Of a DNA stretch of 64,000 bases, positions 38,576-48,783 are shown piece by piece; position 1 is the stretch's first letter; the number at the start of each line of letters is the position of its first letter. The DNA comes from SAR324 cluster bacterium (GTDB taxonomy: Bacteria > SAR324 > NAC60-12): positions 15,679 to 79,678 of the forward strand of contig JAQWOT010000186.1 of the NCBI GenBank assembly GCA_029245725.1, read 5' to 3'. A program made the position numbers and the translations under genes. The notes under the pieces were generated by a model. The model saw only the letters and a list, made by a program, of their open reading frames with translations. It made no database searches and had not been told where the DNA came from.

Positions 38576-39430
38576 TCAGTTGTAGAGCGGTGGGATGGCT
38601 TCAATCTCTGTTCGGGCAATTTCAAAGCGGCTCTTGCAGTATTCGCAGGTAACTTCCAGGTGTGCCTGACCCGGTTCAAAGAGGGCTTTTCCTTCGTTGA
38701 TATAGAGCGATTGGAGGTTTGCTAGCATGCGTTCCTGTGAGCAATTACAGTGATACTGAACCGTGCGTGCTCCCATTGGCTGGAACTGTAATTCCTGAAA
38801 GTAGACGGCGAGTTCTTCTGGTTGCTGTAGTCCACGATTCATCAGGTCCGCTAGGCGTGGTCCGTAGAGTTCATCAAAGTGCAGCAAGGCTTCGCTGGTA
38901 TGATCAATCTCGGTATCTCCAGGCAGCCCAGGCAGCTGCAGAACTAGATAGCTCTGATCACTATTTTGGGAAACCCGTACCAGGCTATTGAACTGGTAGG
39001 AGCGCTCTAGCACCTGATTGATGATGCTACGTAAAGAAACTCCGTTGACTTCAATGATTGAATTGTAGGGCTCCTTGGCGTTCTGGAAACTCTTGCGCAC
39101 TCGGACAATGCCAGTGATGCGTTCTGGAAACTCTTTGAGGTCTTCTGGCATCAGCAAGCAACGAACATGTCCTCCTGCTGTGATTTCGAGTTTAACCCGA
39201 AGATACGGATCTTCAGCGTCGAGGTACAGGCCAAGCTGTTCTCCGTGCTTGAGCAAGGCCAGCATGGGCATGAAACTCAGCACAACATCCCGAAAGTAAG
39301 CAAAGCCCCCCCCCTGTAGAGGATGGATCAAGGCCAGTTCCTGGATCAGTTGCTGTCCTTCGAGGAAATAAAAGGCAAAGCGTTTGGTCGAATCAACGAA
39401 GGTGTAGATGCGGCTTTCGAGCAGCTCCAT
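38576..39430 (-). CDS. hslO: Redox-regulated chaperone Hsp33
   Basis: C-terminal zinc centre CNCS...CEYC and a length of 284 aa. Confidence 0.85.
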   Translation of the reverse strand: MELLESRIYTFVDSTKRFAFYFLEGQQLIQELALIHPLQGGGFAYFRDVVLSFMPMLALLKHGEQLGLYLDAEDPYLRVKLEITAGGHVRCLLMPEDLKEFPERITGIVRVRKSFQNAKEPYNSIIEVNGVSLRSIINQVLERSYQFNSLVRVSQNSDQSYLVLQLPGLPGDTEIDHTSEALLHFDELYGPRLADLMNRGLQQPEELAVYFQELQFQPMGARTVQYHCNCSQERMLANLQSLYINEGKALFEPGQAHLEVTCEYCKSRFEIARTEIEAIPPLYN

Positions 39431-39462
39431 GCAGAATCTCTAGTCAATGTGAAGTGGTCAAC

Positions 39463-40572
39463 TCAAGCAGCAAGGTGGCAGGCCCGAGGAAAGGTTTCCA
39501 GGAAGCAGCCAAAGTGCTTCCAAAGCGTTTCAACAGACATTTGGCGCTGAATGAAACATTCCCCCAAACTGTGTAACAGGATGAAATTGACAGCCTGGTT
39601 CTCGGCTTTCTTGTCGTGAAGTAACAAGGCTCGAAATGCTATAGCATCCAGCTGTGGTAGGGTGACCTTGGGAAGCAGGGGCAACAGAAAGTCGCGGATG
39701 CGTTGATAATTCTCTTCAGTCAAATGGCCTTCCTGCCAGGAAACATAGGTCGCAAAGAGCATTCCAGTACCAACGGCCTCCCCGTGCAGCCACTGTCCGT
39801 AGCCAGCGTGGGTTTCAATCAGGTGTCCCAGGGTGTGGCCAAAGTTTAGCGTAGCCCGTAGTCCGGTTTCTTGCTCATCCTCTTCGACAACTCTGCGCTT
39901 GACGTCACAGGATCGGGTGACGGCTTCTTCTAGAAATTCAAAATCCAGTGGCTCCAGCGTTTGCTGTTGTAGGAATTCGAAGAGTGAACGGTCGTGGATC
40001 AGTCCATGTTTGGTGAGTTCAAAGTAACCCGCTCGGAGCTCTCGAATCGGCAACGTCTTGAGAAATTCTAGATCAATACAGACGTATTCTGGTTGCTTGA
40101 AGACACCAATCATGTTTTTGCCTAGCGGATGATTGACAGCAGTTTTACCCCCAACACTGCTGTCTACATTGGCAAGCAGGGTAGTAGGAACCTGTACGAA
40201 GGGAATACCACGCATGAAAGTTCCAGCGGCAAAACCAGTCATGTCTCCAATCACCCCACCTCCAAAGGCGATCAACCAGGTCTTTCGGTTGGCAGAGCGC
40301 TCCAGCAGGAAGTCATAAATTCTTGTCAGGTCAGTGAGGGTTTTATGCTGCTCCCCATCAGGGATTACACAGGTCGCAGTCTCGAAGCCATTTTGCTGAA
40401 GTTCCGTAGCAAGCAGGTCTGGATACAGCCGTTGTAAAGCATCATTGGTCACCACAACTACCTTATGAGTGTTACGCTCCTGGAGTATTTTGGTCAAAGA
40501 TTGAGACCAGTGGTTGATTCCAATGGTGATTTGGTAGCTTCGACCAGGCAGATTTACAGTCAATTCTTGCAT
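39463..40572 (-). CDS. aroB: 3-dehydroquinate synthase
   Basis: Motifs GGGVIGDMTGFAAG and DSSVGGKTAVN. 369 aa. Confidence 0.9.
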   Translation of the reverse strand: MQELTVNLPGRSYQITIGINHWSQSLTKILQERNTHKVVVVTNDALQRLYPDLLATELQQNGFETATCVIPDGEQHKTLTDLTRIYDFLLERSANRKTWLIAFGGGVIGDMTGFAAGTFMRGIPFVQVPTTLLANVDSSVGGKTAVNHPLGKNMIGVFKQPEYVCIDLEFLKTLPIRELRAGYFELTKHGLIHDRSLFEFLQQQTLEPLDFEFLEEAVTRSCDVKRRVVEEDEQETGLRATLNFGHTLGHLIETHAGYGQWLHGEAVGTGMLFATYVSWQEGHLTEENYQRIRDFLLPLLPKVTLPQLDAIAFRALLLHDKKAENQAVNFILLHSLGECFIQRQMSVETLWKHFGCFLETFPRACHLAA

Positions 40573-42926
40573 CAGTCTTCCGCAGTAGGCAGAGAAATTG
40601 GGACGAAACGGTCTCGACCCATCGTCCAGAAGTTCATTTGGTGCCAGACCTCACCATTAGGCTGGAATTCAAAGCGCCCAGTGACACCTTGAGTGGGTGG
40701 TTGGTTCAGCAAGGCCTCCCTCAGAGCATCCGGATCCTGATTCCCCGATTGTGTTAGCAGTTGCAACAACAGCTTGGCAGTATCGTACGCATAGGCCGTG
40801 TAAGCAGTTGGGCCAATATATCCTTGGTAGCGATAGAAGAACCGCTCGTGCTCTGCGACAAAGTGCTGTACCTCTTGGGCTTCACTGCGAGGAAAGAAAC
40901 TATCAGTGAAGACAGCGTGACGGATGGTTTCCCGTTTGGGGGCAAAGAGTAGCAGAGGATTGTTCCAGCCGCTGTCTCCCAAAATCAGAGAATCTTCGAG
41001 ACCGTAGACTTCGAGATAGGGGAAGATAATCTCCAGGTCCTGGGTCTGGTCACCAGCAATCAGGAAGATCGCATCAAAGTTCTGCTCCGGCACTCCCCGA
41101 TCTTTTTGTTTTTCAATCAGGGCATCTTCTTCATCAGTTCGATAGCGACGGATGCCGGTGAAAGACTCAAACTCATCCACGAAGCTGTTCTGGCTGTTTT
41201 CGTAGCGCTGAATATTCTGAATTTGGGCACCAATCGCTCTGGCTTGTTCCCAGAAGACTCTTAGTTTCTCACGTCCCTCCCGACTGTCCGGATAGAGTAC
41301 AACAAAGCGGCGTGCCTGTAGGTACTCGGTAGCGTAATCCAGTAGCGCCTCTACTTCTTGTTCCCAGCTGATGTTGTTGCGGAAAACATAGTCCCCCAGA
41401 TCAGCGATACTGGTGGTCACCGAGAGTGAAATCATCGGTACTTTTAATGCTTCCGCTTCCACCGCTGCTGCTTCAGAAGTTCTACGAGCCAGTGGGCCAA
41501 TGACAGCCATCACGTGTTCATCTTCTACCAATTCACGGAAGCCCTGCCGAGCGGTATCGGAATCTAGTTTCGTGTCACGGAACACAAATTCCCACCGAGG
41601 TGGTAGGGGTAGTTGTAGGGGTTCTGCCTTGATGATCTCAGTTTGATTGTCTGGCTGAGGAGTAGTCTGGTTATCTATCCGAGAAAATGTCACTGGATCT
41701 GCGAAATCACCTACAGAAGTGATATTGTCTGTCGAAGTGGTGACCACCATTTCTGCTTCCGTGGTCACGCTGGTATTGTCGGCTGGAGTTGATTTCGTGA
41801 GGTTGTCAACCAAAGGCTCTACAGTGTGGTTGTCCTTGGGGAGGGGAGGAGCTTCTTGTAAAGCCAGCCGCAACCCTTCAATCGTCTGCTGTGTCAAGCG
41901 TGCTGCGGTAGGAATGGTCGTCGTCAATGGCAGCAGCACACCAACTCGATGGGGTTTGAGTTGAGCACGACGTCGCAGGAACTCCTGTAAGTTCTCCAGG
42001 CGCAGGATCTCTGTGCGATCTCCCTTCAGGTTGGCTTCCTGCAGCAGCTGCTCACAGAGCAATAGTCCATCTGCATAATTCCTCTCCTTCACAAGCCTGT
42101 CCAAGCGTAGTTGGGGGAGTGCCTGCTGAATAAAGGGAAGGTCGGCAAACTCATTACTGAATTGCTCAAGCACACTGGAATTAGGGATTTTTTCAAACAG
42201 GTTCTCTAGGGTTTTACTGAATTCTTTTTGCTGCTCGGTATCCAGTAAGCGTGCTTCCTCCAGGCGATAGCGCAAGGCGTCAGCTAGATTTCCCTGATTT
42301 TCAGCTGTTCGGCCACGTAGTGATAAGTAGTAGCGTAGTTGCTGAGAATCAGCATCTTGTACGAAAATAGATGCTGCGGCTTCCAAGGTGGGTGTCCAGA
42401 CCGGGCTTTGCTCCAACCAGATCAGAAAAACCTGATCACGGTAGCGACTACGAGGATAGTGGGAGAGAAAGGCTTTTACGAAGCTTTCTATGTTTGAACG
42501 ATCTATTTGAGCAGCCCCGATTCGTAAGCGGTAGTATTCTTTCTCTTCTTCAGGCAACAAGGCTTGTTGGCGAATCAATTCTTCCGCAGCCAATTCTGGA
42601 TTTGCTGGAAGCAAAGCATCCAATTCTGGGATGTTTCCCCTGTAGCGATAGGGGAAAACTACTCTGGATGGGGACTGTTCTGGTTGAACAGCAGAAACTG
42701 AAGCAGCAGGGGCAGAGAGTGGAGGAAAAAGCTGTTGCAGACCTTGCTCCAGTTCCTGCGGCTGACTCAGCAGACTTTGTGCTGCAAGAGAGCCAGCGCC
42801 AATGAACCAAAGCAGAAAAAGCAGCAGTAGCTTATAGCATTGACAGGAGCAACCAGATGGCCGCGACATCCACGCCCAGAACGGTCCAATTGATTGTCTT
42901 CTGTGCGCTGGGTCGCAGGTGATCAT
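40572..42926 (-). CDS. LpoA-like periplasmic protein: signal peptide, TPR-like helical domain, low-complexity linker, then a type-I periplasmic-binding-protein (LivK-like) domain
   Basis: The C-terminal region VIGPLARRTSEAAAVEAEALKVPMISLS... resembles Leu/Ile/Val-binding-protein folds, and the N-terminus is helical-repeat. The likely true start is at 42869 (MSRPSG... signal peptide). Confidence 0.55.
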   Translation of the reverse strand: MITCDPAHRRQSIGPFWAWMSRPSGCSCQCYKLLLLFLLWFIGAGSLAAQSLLSQPQELEQGLQQLFPPLSAPAASVSAVQPEQSPSRVVFPYRYRGNIPELDALLPANPELAAEELIRQQALLPEEEKEYYRLRIGAAQIDRSNIESFVKAFLSHYPRSRYRDQVFLIWLEQSPVWTPTLEAAASIFVQDADSQQLRYYLSLRGRTAENQGNLADALRYRLEEARLLDTEQQKEFSKTLENLFEKIPNSSVLEQFSNEFADLPFIQQALPQLRLDRLVKERNYADGLLLCEQLLQEANLKGDRTEILRLENLQEFLRRRAQLKPHRVGVLLPLTTTIPTAARLTQQTIEGLRLALQEAPPLPKDNHTVEPLVDNLTKSTPADNTSVTTEAEMVVTTSTDNITSVGDFADPVTFSRIDNQTTPQPDNQTEIIKAEPLQLPLPPRWEFVFRDTKLDSDTARQGFRELVEDEHVMAVIGPLARRTSEAAAVEAEALKVPMISLSVTTSIADLGDYVFRNNISWEQEVEALLDYATEYLQARRFVVLYPDSREGREKLRVFWEQARAIGAQIQNIQRYENSQNSFVDEFESFTGIRRYRTDEEDALIEKQKDRGVPEQNFDAIFLIAGDQTQDLEIIFPYLEVYGLEDSLILGDSGWNNPLLLFAPKRETIRHAVFTDSFFPRSEAQEVQHFVAEHERFFYRYQGYIGPTAYTAYAYDTAKLLLQLLTQSGNQDPDALREALLNQPPTQGVTGRFEFQPNGEVWHQMNFWTMGRDRFVPISLPTAED

Positions 42927-43026
42927 AGTTGCGTTTGAACAAGTTTTTGAGCAGAAAGCGAGACTGGGGTGCGAGCCATTGCATTCGAAACCTCATAAGA
43001 ATAGTGGATCTTACGTGAAACAGCCT

Positions 43027-44973
43027 TCAGTGCAATAGTTTTGCAGGAACCCGGTGATTGTCAATCCGTCGTGTCCAATACTGACGATCCGCATACTCCA
43101 GAAGCTCCAGCGCATGCCGGCGTCCAGTCTGTAGTAGTTTCTTGCACTCAATCACACTGATCGTCTCATGAGTGGAAAACCACTGTTGTAACTGTTCACG
43201 GAAGTGTTCCAGTTGTGGAGGCAAGTACCAGAGATCCTCAGCAACTCGAACCAATTGCTTGTGAAAAACTGCCTGCTTGAGCAGGGGCAGGGCCGTTCGT
43301 TCATCCAAGCCAGCTTGTTCCAGTAGTTGTGTTTGTCGTAACGGTTGAAAACCACCCTCTTTCAATAATGCCAGTAAAGCTTCCAACTGAGTGACGGCTG
43401 TTTTTCCCTGCTGTGCTTGGTGACTAGGCAAGGCATAGAATTCACCACGACGACTACAAAGCTGTTGGCGTTCAAAAAATTTCAGCAGTCCTTCACTCAC
43501 TCCAGTTAGGGGAAAGATACGCTGTAATTTCCCATGCAAGGCAGCTACGGGTAGTCCCTCACGCTCAGGAAATTCCTGGTGTTGTTGATCTAGTTGACGC
43601 TGCACAAAACGTCCAACACGTTCCAGATGTTCTGGATGGAACAACAAAGCCTGGGGCTGACCGGCCTGTACCAGCACTTGTCGGCTCAGCAAGCCAGCGA
43701 CCTCTTTCTGGAGAGCCTTGGTCGATCCAGAGGTTCTCAGTGCCAACTCCGCTAAGCTGGTCCCCTGGAGTCCTTGAAGCCAGGTAGCAGACTGAATTTG
43801 TTCAGAGAGTGAGCCCTGACTCAATTGACGCAACCGCTGTGCCCGCTCCTGCCGCAATCTGCGTGATTTGTTTGGTGCAGCATCGAGCACAGTCCCCCCT
43901 CCCAAAGTACGCAAGGGGCTTCTGCCTCGAATCAGAAATCGATCGCCATGCCGACTACTCAATTCTTGTTCGAGACGGAGTTGAACCAGCCCGGTTTCTC
44001 CGGGAGCTAGCTGTGCTTCTTCCAAGGGGATCAAGCATGCAGGAACTGATGCACTGCCGAGATGCAACTGCACTCTTTCCCGATGACGCAAAGGAGATGA
44101 TAGATCTTCCAGTGCCTCGAGTTCTCCATCGAGTAAGTAAGAAGTCAGCAAGGAGTTAGTGGCTGCCAATTGATCACCCCGCTGGATTTCTTCGACAGAA
44201 ATCTGGGACAGATTGATTGCAGCTCGTTCACCAGCCCAGATTTGTTCCACTGGGATTCCATGAACCTGAAGACTGCGTATACGCCGTTGATGTTGTAGTG
44301 GCCATTGCCACACTTCTTCTTCTAGTTTCAGATTTCCGCTGCGAACGGTTCCTGTGACAACAGTTCCAAATCCCTTGATGCCAAAAGATCGATCCACATC
44401 CAGCCGAAAGGGACGGTCACTGTTTGTACGGTGGGTCTCGGAGGCTATTTGCAGCAGAGCATTTTGCAGTTCATCCAGACCTTCCCTAGTTTTGGCGGAG
44501 GTTCGGAGTAGTGGTGCCTCAGCCAGGAATGTGTCTTTCACCAACTCACGAACCTCATCAGCACAGAGATCCAGCATTTCTGGATCATCCACCTTATCAC
44601 ACCGGGTCAGGACCAGCAGGCCCCGCTGGACTCCCAATAATCGGCAGATATGCAGATGCTCTCGAGTCTGGGGCATCACTCCTTCATCTGCCGCAATGAC
44701 AAGGAGCACTGCATCCAATCCGCTGATTCCAGCCAGCATATTATGAACAAAGCGCTCGTGCCCAGGAACATCAACGAAAGCGATCCGAATACTTTCCAGT
44801 TCCATGTGAGCAAAGCCTAGATCGATTGTAATCCCCCGGCGTTTTTCTTCTGCTAGGCGATCTGCATCGATACCGGTCAGTGCCTGAACCAGCGTGGTCT
44901 TGCCGTGATCGACGTGACCACTGGTTCCCAGCACGAGGTGTGGCAGGGAAGGCATTTTTAGGAGAATGAGCAA
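43027..44973 (-). CDS. selB: Selenocysteine-specific translation elongation factor
   Basis: N-terminal GTPase motif LGTSGHVDHGKTTL (E. coli SelB has ATAGHVDHGKTTL), DVPGHE and NKxD-type motifs, and a roughly 640-aa length with C-terminal winged-helix extensions. An alternative start lies at 44955. Confidence 0.8.
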   Translation of the reverse strand: MLILLKMPSLPHLVLGTSGHVDHGKTTLVQALTGIDADRLAEEKRRGITIDLGFAHMELESIRIAFVDVPGHERFVHNMLAGISGLDAVLLVIAADEGVMPQTREHLHICRLLGVQRGLLVLTRCDKVDDPEMLDLCADEVRELVKDTFLAEAPLLRTSAKTREGLDELQNALLQIASETHRTNSDRPFRLDVDRSFGIKGFGTVVTGTVRSGNLKLEEEVWQWPLQHQRRIRSLQVHGIPVEQIWAGERAAINLSQISVEEIQRGDQLAATNSLLTSYLLDGELEALEDLSSPLRHRERVQLHLGSASVPACLIPLEEAQLAPGETGLVQLRLEQELSSRHGDRFLIRGRSPLRTLGGGTVLDAAPNKSRRLRQERAQRLRQLSQGSLSEQIQSATWLQGLQGTSLAELALRTSGSTKALQKEVAGLLSRQVLVQAGQPQALLFHPEHLERVGRFVQRQLDQQHQEFPEREGLPVAALHGKLQRIFPLTGVSEGLLKFFERQQLCSRRGEFYALPSHQAQQGKTAVTQLEALLALLKEGGFQPLRQTQLLEQAGLDERTALPLLKQAVFHKQLVRVAEDLWYLPPQLEHFREQLQQWFSTHETISVIECKKLLQTGRRHALELLEYADRQYWTRRIDNHRVPAKLLH

Positions 44974-45027
44974 GGGAAGATACAGCTGGATGAGTTGATA
45001 ATACCTCCAGCTGCGTGAAGATTAGAC

Positions 45028-46722
45028 CTAGAGGTCCGTAACGGCACCCAAAGAGGCTGAACTGACACTGCGGGCGTACTTGGCCAAGACACCACGCTCA
45101 TATCTTGGTGCGGGTGTTTGCCAGTTCTGTAGGCGTCGCTGAATTTCTGCTTCCAGCAGATCCAGGTTGAGTTGGCACTTTTCAGCGTCAATGGTGATCG
45201 GATCGCCATCCTGGACGATTGCCAAGGGGCCTCCAGCGTACGCTTCTGGAGTAACATGGCCGATCACAAAACCGTGGCTTCCTCCAGAGAAGCGTCCATC
45301 GGTGATCAGGGCGACCTCCTTACCAAGTCCACGGCCCATGATAGCGGATGTGGGTGAGAGCATCTCACGCATCCCCGGAGCACCGCGAGGACCTTCGTAA
45401 CGAATGACAATCACATCTCCCTTGATGACGGTTCCATCCAGAATTCGCCGAAGAGCTTCTTCCTCAGAATCAAAGACCCGAGCGGTTCCTGAGAAATTGA
45501 GGCCTTCTTTACCGGAGATCTTGGCAACAGCACCTTCTGGAGCCAGATTTCCACGTAAAATGACCAAATGTCCATTGGGTTTGATCGGTTTGTCGGAGGG
45601 CATCACGACTTCCTGGTCTGCTGGATAGTCTTCGACCCCTTCCAGATTTTCTGCCATGGTTTTGCCAGTGACTGTCATACAGTCACCATGTAGCATACCA
45701 GCGTTCAATAGACGCTTGAGCAGTGGTTGTAGGCCACCAATGTTGACCAGATCGACCATCAGGAAGCGACCACTTGGTCTTAGGTCGGCCAGTACTGGGG
45801 TTTTGGCGCCTATCCGCTGAAAGTCTTCCAGGGTCAGATCCACTTCCGCAGCATGTGCCATCGCTAGCAGATGCAATACCGCATTGGTTGAGCCACCAAG
45901 AGCTGTCACAACGGTGATTGCATTTTCAAAAGCCTTCTTGGTCATAATGTCGCGTGGACAGATGTTGCACTCGACCAATTTTTGTACTGCAATTCCGGAA
46001 CGGAAGCAGTCCTCAGCTTTTTCTGGAGAAATGGCTGCCATGGCAGAGCTGTTTGGTAGGCTCATCCCCATTGCTTCAATTGCTGAGGCCATTGTGTTGG
46101 CTGTGTACATCCCACCACAAGATCCTGCACCTGGAATCGACTTGGCTTCAATTTCTTCCAACTGTTCATCACTGATATTGTTGGAGGCCCGCTGTCCAAC
46201 GGCTTCAAAGATCGTGACAATATCAGCGTTCTTGTCGTTCACCCGACCTGGCATGATGGTGCCACCATAAACGAAGATCGCAGGACGATTCAACCGAGCC
46301 AAAGCGATCATGCAGCCCGGCATATTCTTATCGCAACCACCGATGGCAACGAGTCCATCATAGGCTTGGCAACCAATCACAGTTTCAATCGAATCTGCGA
46401 TCACTTCCCGGGAAACCAAGGAGTATTTCATGCCTTCAGTTCCCATCGAAATGCCATCACTGATCGTGATCGTATTGAACTGCATGGCCTTGCCTCCCGC
46501 ATCCTCTACGCCTCGGGCTGCATCATCTGCCAGACGGTTGATGTGCATGTTGCACGGAGTGACCATGCCCCAAGTCGAAGCGATACCAATCTGGGACTTT
46601 TGAAAATCAGATTTTTGGAAGCCAACACCGTACAGCATGCCTCGGCTGGCAGCCCGCTCAATACCTTCTGTGACTTGAGACGAATACTTGCGATGACCGG
46701 ATGATTGTGGAGAGTCACTCAT
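45028..46722 (-). CDS. ilvD: Dihydroxy-acid dehydratase
   Basis: CDKNMPG Fe-S ligand motif and the 564-aa ILVD/EDD family layout. Confidence 0.95.
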   Translation of the reverse strand: MSDSPQSSGHRKYSSQVTEGIERAASRGMLYGVGFQKSDFQKSQIGIASTWGMVTPCNMHINRLADDAARGVEDAGGKAMQFNTITISDGISMGTEGMKYSLVSREVIADSIETVIGCQAYDGLVAIGGCDKNMPGCMIALARLNRPAIFVYGGTIMPGRVNDKNADIVTIFEAVGQRASNNISDEQLEEIEAKSIPGAGSCGGMYTANTMASAIEAMGMSLPNSSAMAAISPEKAEDCFRSGIAVQKLVECNICPRDIMTKKAFENAITVVTALGGSTNAVLHLLAMAHAAEVDLTLEDFQRIGAKTPVLADLRPSGRFLMVDLVNIGGLQPLLKRLLNAGMLHGDCMTVTGKTMAENLEGVEDYPADQEVVMPSDKPIKPNGHLVILRGNLAPEGAVAKISGKEGLNFSGTARVFDSEEEALRRILDGTVIKGDVIVIRYEGPRGAPGMREMLSPTSAIMGRGLGKEVALITDGRFSGGSHGFVIGHVTPEAYAGGPLAIVQDGDPITIDAEKCQLNLDLLEAEIQRRLQNWQTPAPRYERGVLAKYARSVSSASLGAVTDL

Positions 46723-46860
46723 AGGGGAACCTCTTCAGAAAAAACGAAATGGAGCAATGGACAAAGAGTGAAATAATAGCGAAGCAGACAGATCAGAACA
46801 AGTGGGGAATCGGTCGTAACAGAAATTGCAGAAGAATAAATGATCGGATAGGTGGGAAGA

Positions 46861-46886
46861 TCCGGATCTCCACGGTGAGATCCGGA
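46861..46886 (-). terminator. Perfect 10-bp-stem hairpin 15 nt downstream of the cytochrome c4 stop (terminator-like, no U-tract)
   Basis: TCCGGATCTC-cacggt-GAGATCCGGA. It lies within the ilvD upstream region. Confidence 0.35.
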
Positions 46887-46901
46887 AACCAGACGAGTAG
46901 C

Positions 46902-47540
46902 TTACTTCAGGTTAGCAATGTAAGCGGCAACATTTTTAACTGCATTTTCATCAGGCAGTGTGGCAGCCATGCCGACCATCTGAGCACCATACATATCTTT
47001 TGGGTGAGTGCCACGGATTCCATTTTTCCAGTTCATCAACTGGCGATGAGTGTACCAATCAAATTGTCCGGCGATTCTTGGCGAATTGAGGGCTTGATTC
47101 CCTTCCCCCTTCATCCCATGACAGGAGGCACAAACCATGTAATTGGCCTGTCCAGCGTTGGGATCACCACCTAAGGTAACAGCTGTATTTCCTGGGACTG
47201 GCAGACTAGTTATGTAGGCCACCACGTCTGCAACTTTGTCATCACCCATCACCACCATCGACATTGGACGCATCTGCATGCCGTAAACGTCTTTGGCGTG
47301 TGTGCCACGAATACCCTCCTGGTAGTTTTTCAACTGTCGGGTCAGATACCAGTCTTGCTGTCCAGCAATGGCTGGAGCATTGAGGGCTTGGTTGCCTTCT
47401 CCATTGGCCCCATGGCAGGACGCACAGGTTGCGTAAAGAGCCTGACCTTTGGCTGGATCACCGGCGGCTTGTACGCTGGCACCCAGACCTAAGCCTAGAA
47501 CAATTGCGGCGCTAGCGGCAAACAAGTTCTTCAACTTCAT
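46902..47540 (-). CDS. Dihaem cytochrome c4 (periplasmic)
   Basis: Signal peptide MKLKNLFAASAAIVLGLGLGASVQA and two CxxCH motifs (CASCHG twice). An AGGAG ribosome-binding site sits 5 nt before the ATG at 47540. Confidence 0.85.
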   Translation of the reverse strand: MKLKNLFAASAAIVLGLGLGASVQAAGDPAKGQALYATCASCHGANGEGNQALNAPAIAGQQDWYLTRQLKNYQEGIRGTHAKDVYGMQMRPMSMVVMGDDKVADVVAYITSLPVPGNTAVTLGGDPNAGQANYMVCASCHGMKGEGNQALNSPRIAGQFDWYTHRQLMNWKNGIRGTHPKDMYGAQMVGMAATLPDENAVKNVAAYIANLK

Positions 47541-47603
47541 GAGTTCTCCTGTTGACAAATTCTTCAATAAGGGAAGAAGAAAAAATCCGAAAGACGGATT
47601 CAC

Positions 47604-47630
47604 AATGATTCCACCTACTCAATAATTTGG
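47604..47630 (-). terminator. Rho-independent terminator (minus strand) between the uppP/lipoprotein unit and the cytochrome c4 gene
   Basis: Minus-strand sequence AATCCG-tcttt-CGGATT followed by TTTTTC. Confidence 0.5.
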
Positions 47631-47757
47631 AAAAGATGAGTGTCTTTGCCAAAGAGCAGTTTGTTGCGGAAATGGTTAAATTTTTACATTCAGGCAACCT
47701 AACAAATCAGATTTCAAAGGGCAAATGGATTATTCCACAAATAATATCATTTTTTGA

Positions 47758-47964
47758 TCATTCCTCTTCCAACTGATTTTTGTAGCGTGCCGGGGCGCGG
47801 CAATAGCTGAAATTGACGGCATCATAGCTGTAATCTTTCTGCGCTCGGGCTGCCTGACGGTCGATTTCGACTAGAGGGATGCACTCCGTGTAGTTTTCCT
47901 GATTGAAGGTTGTACAGGCGCCTAGAATCAGGCCCAGCGATAACAGCATACGCGTGATGGACAT
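47758..47964 (-). CDS. Small lipoprotein (68 aa)
   Basis: Signal peptide with lipobox LILGAC. ORF only. Confidence 0.35.
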   Translation of the reverse strand: MSITRMLLSLGLILGACTTFNQENYTECIPLVEIDRQAARAQKDYSYDAVNFSYCRAPARYKNQLEEE

Positions 47965-47976
47965 CGGTCTTCTCTC

Positions 47977-48783
47977 TCAGACAGCCAGGAACAGGACCAC
48001 TGCTCCCAGCAAAATACGATAGATCACAAACAGCAGAGTGCCATAATGCCGCAGAAAGCGCAGCAGAAATTCAATAGAAAGATAGCCACTCAGAAATGCG
48101 AAGAATACGCCGAGACCGATATTGAGGAGCCCAGATTCTCCCAAACCTGTTTCTGCAAGCGCCTTGAGTTGAAAAAGTCCGCTTCCCAGGATGGCAGGTA
48201 AGCCCAGTAGAAAAGAAAACCGAGCTGCCTCCGCTCGATTCATGCCCACGAGCAGACCTCCCATGATCGTTGAGCCCGAGCGGGAACAACCTGGGATCAA
48301 GGCCAAGGCCTGACAAAGTCCGATCCATTGAATTTGTTGAAAGCTCAGTTGGCTGGCATCACGACTGCCAGAGGCGAAGCGTTCCGCAGCATAGAGTCCC
48401 AAGCCAAGGAGAATCAGCGCTCCTCCAATGATCCAGAGGCTCCGGGCATCTGTCTCGATAAAGTCCTTGAATCCCAACCCCAGCACAATGATTGGTAGAT
48501 TCCCAAAGGCAATCGCCCACGCAAGCCTGGAGCTAGGGGTCTCCATCAGGTTTCGATTCCAGAGACTCCGCAAAGCAGCAGTGATCAACTCCAGTACGTC
48601 TTTGCGGAAGTACAGAAGGACAGCTAGCAGGGTTCCCAGCTGGATCACAGCGGAGAAGGCTGCACCGGGATCTTCCCAGCCCAGCAATTCTGGGACAATC
48701 CGTAAGTGGGCAGTACTGCTGATCGGTAAAAATTCTGTCAGTCCTTGCACCAGCCCTAAAATCGAAGCTTCGAACCAAGTCAT
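47977..48783 (-). CDS. uppP: Undecaprenyl-diphosphatase
   Basis: N-terminal GLTEFLPISSTAHL motif and eight transmembrane helices. 268 aa. Confidence 0.9.
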   Translation of the reverse strand: MTWFEASILGLVQGLTEFLPISSTAHLRIVPELLGWEDPGAAFSAVIQLGTLLAVLLYFRKDVLELITAALRSLWNRNLMETPSSRLAWAIAFGNLPIIVLGLGFKDFIETDARSLWIIGGALILLGLGLYAAERFASGSRDASQLSFQQIQWIGLCQALALIPGCSRSGSTIMGGLLVGMNRAEAARFSFLLGLPAILGSGLFQLKALAETGLGESGLLNIGLGVFFAFLSGYLSIEFLLRFLRHYGTLLFVIYRILLGAVVLFLAV

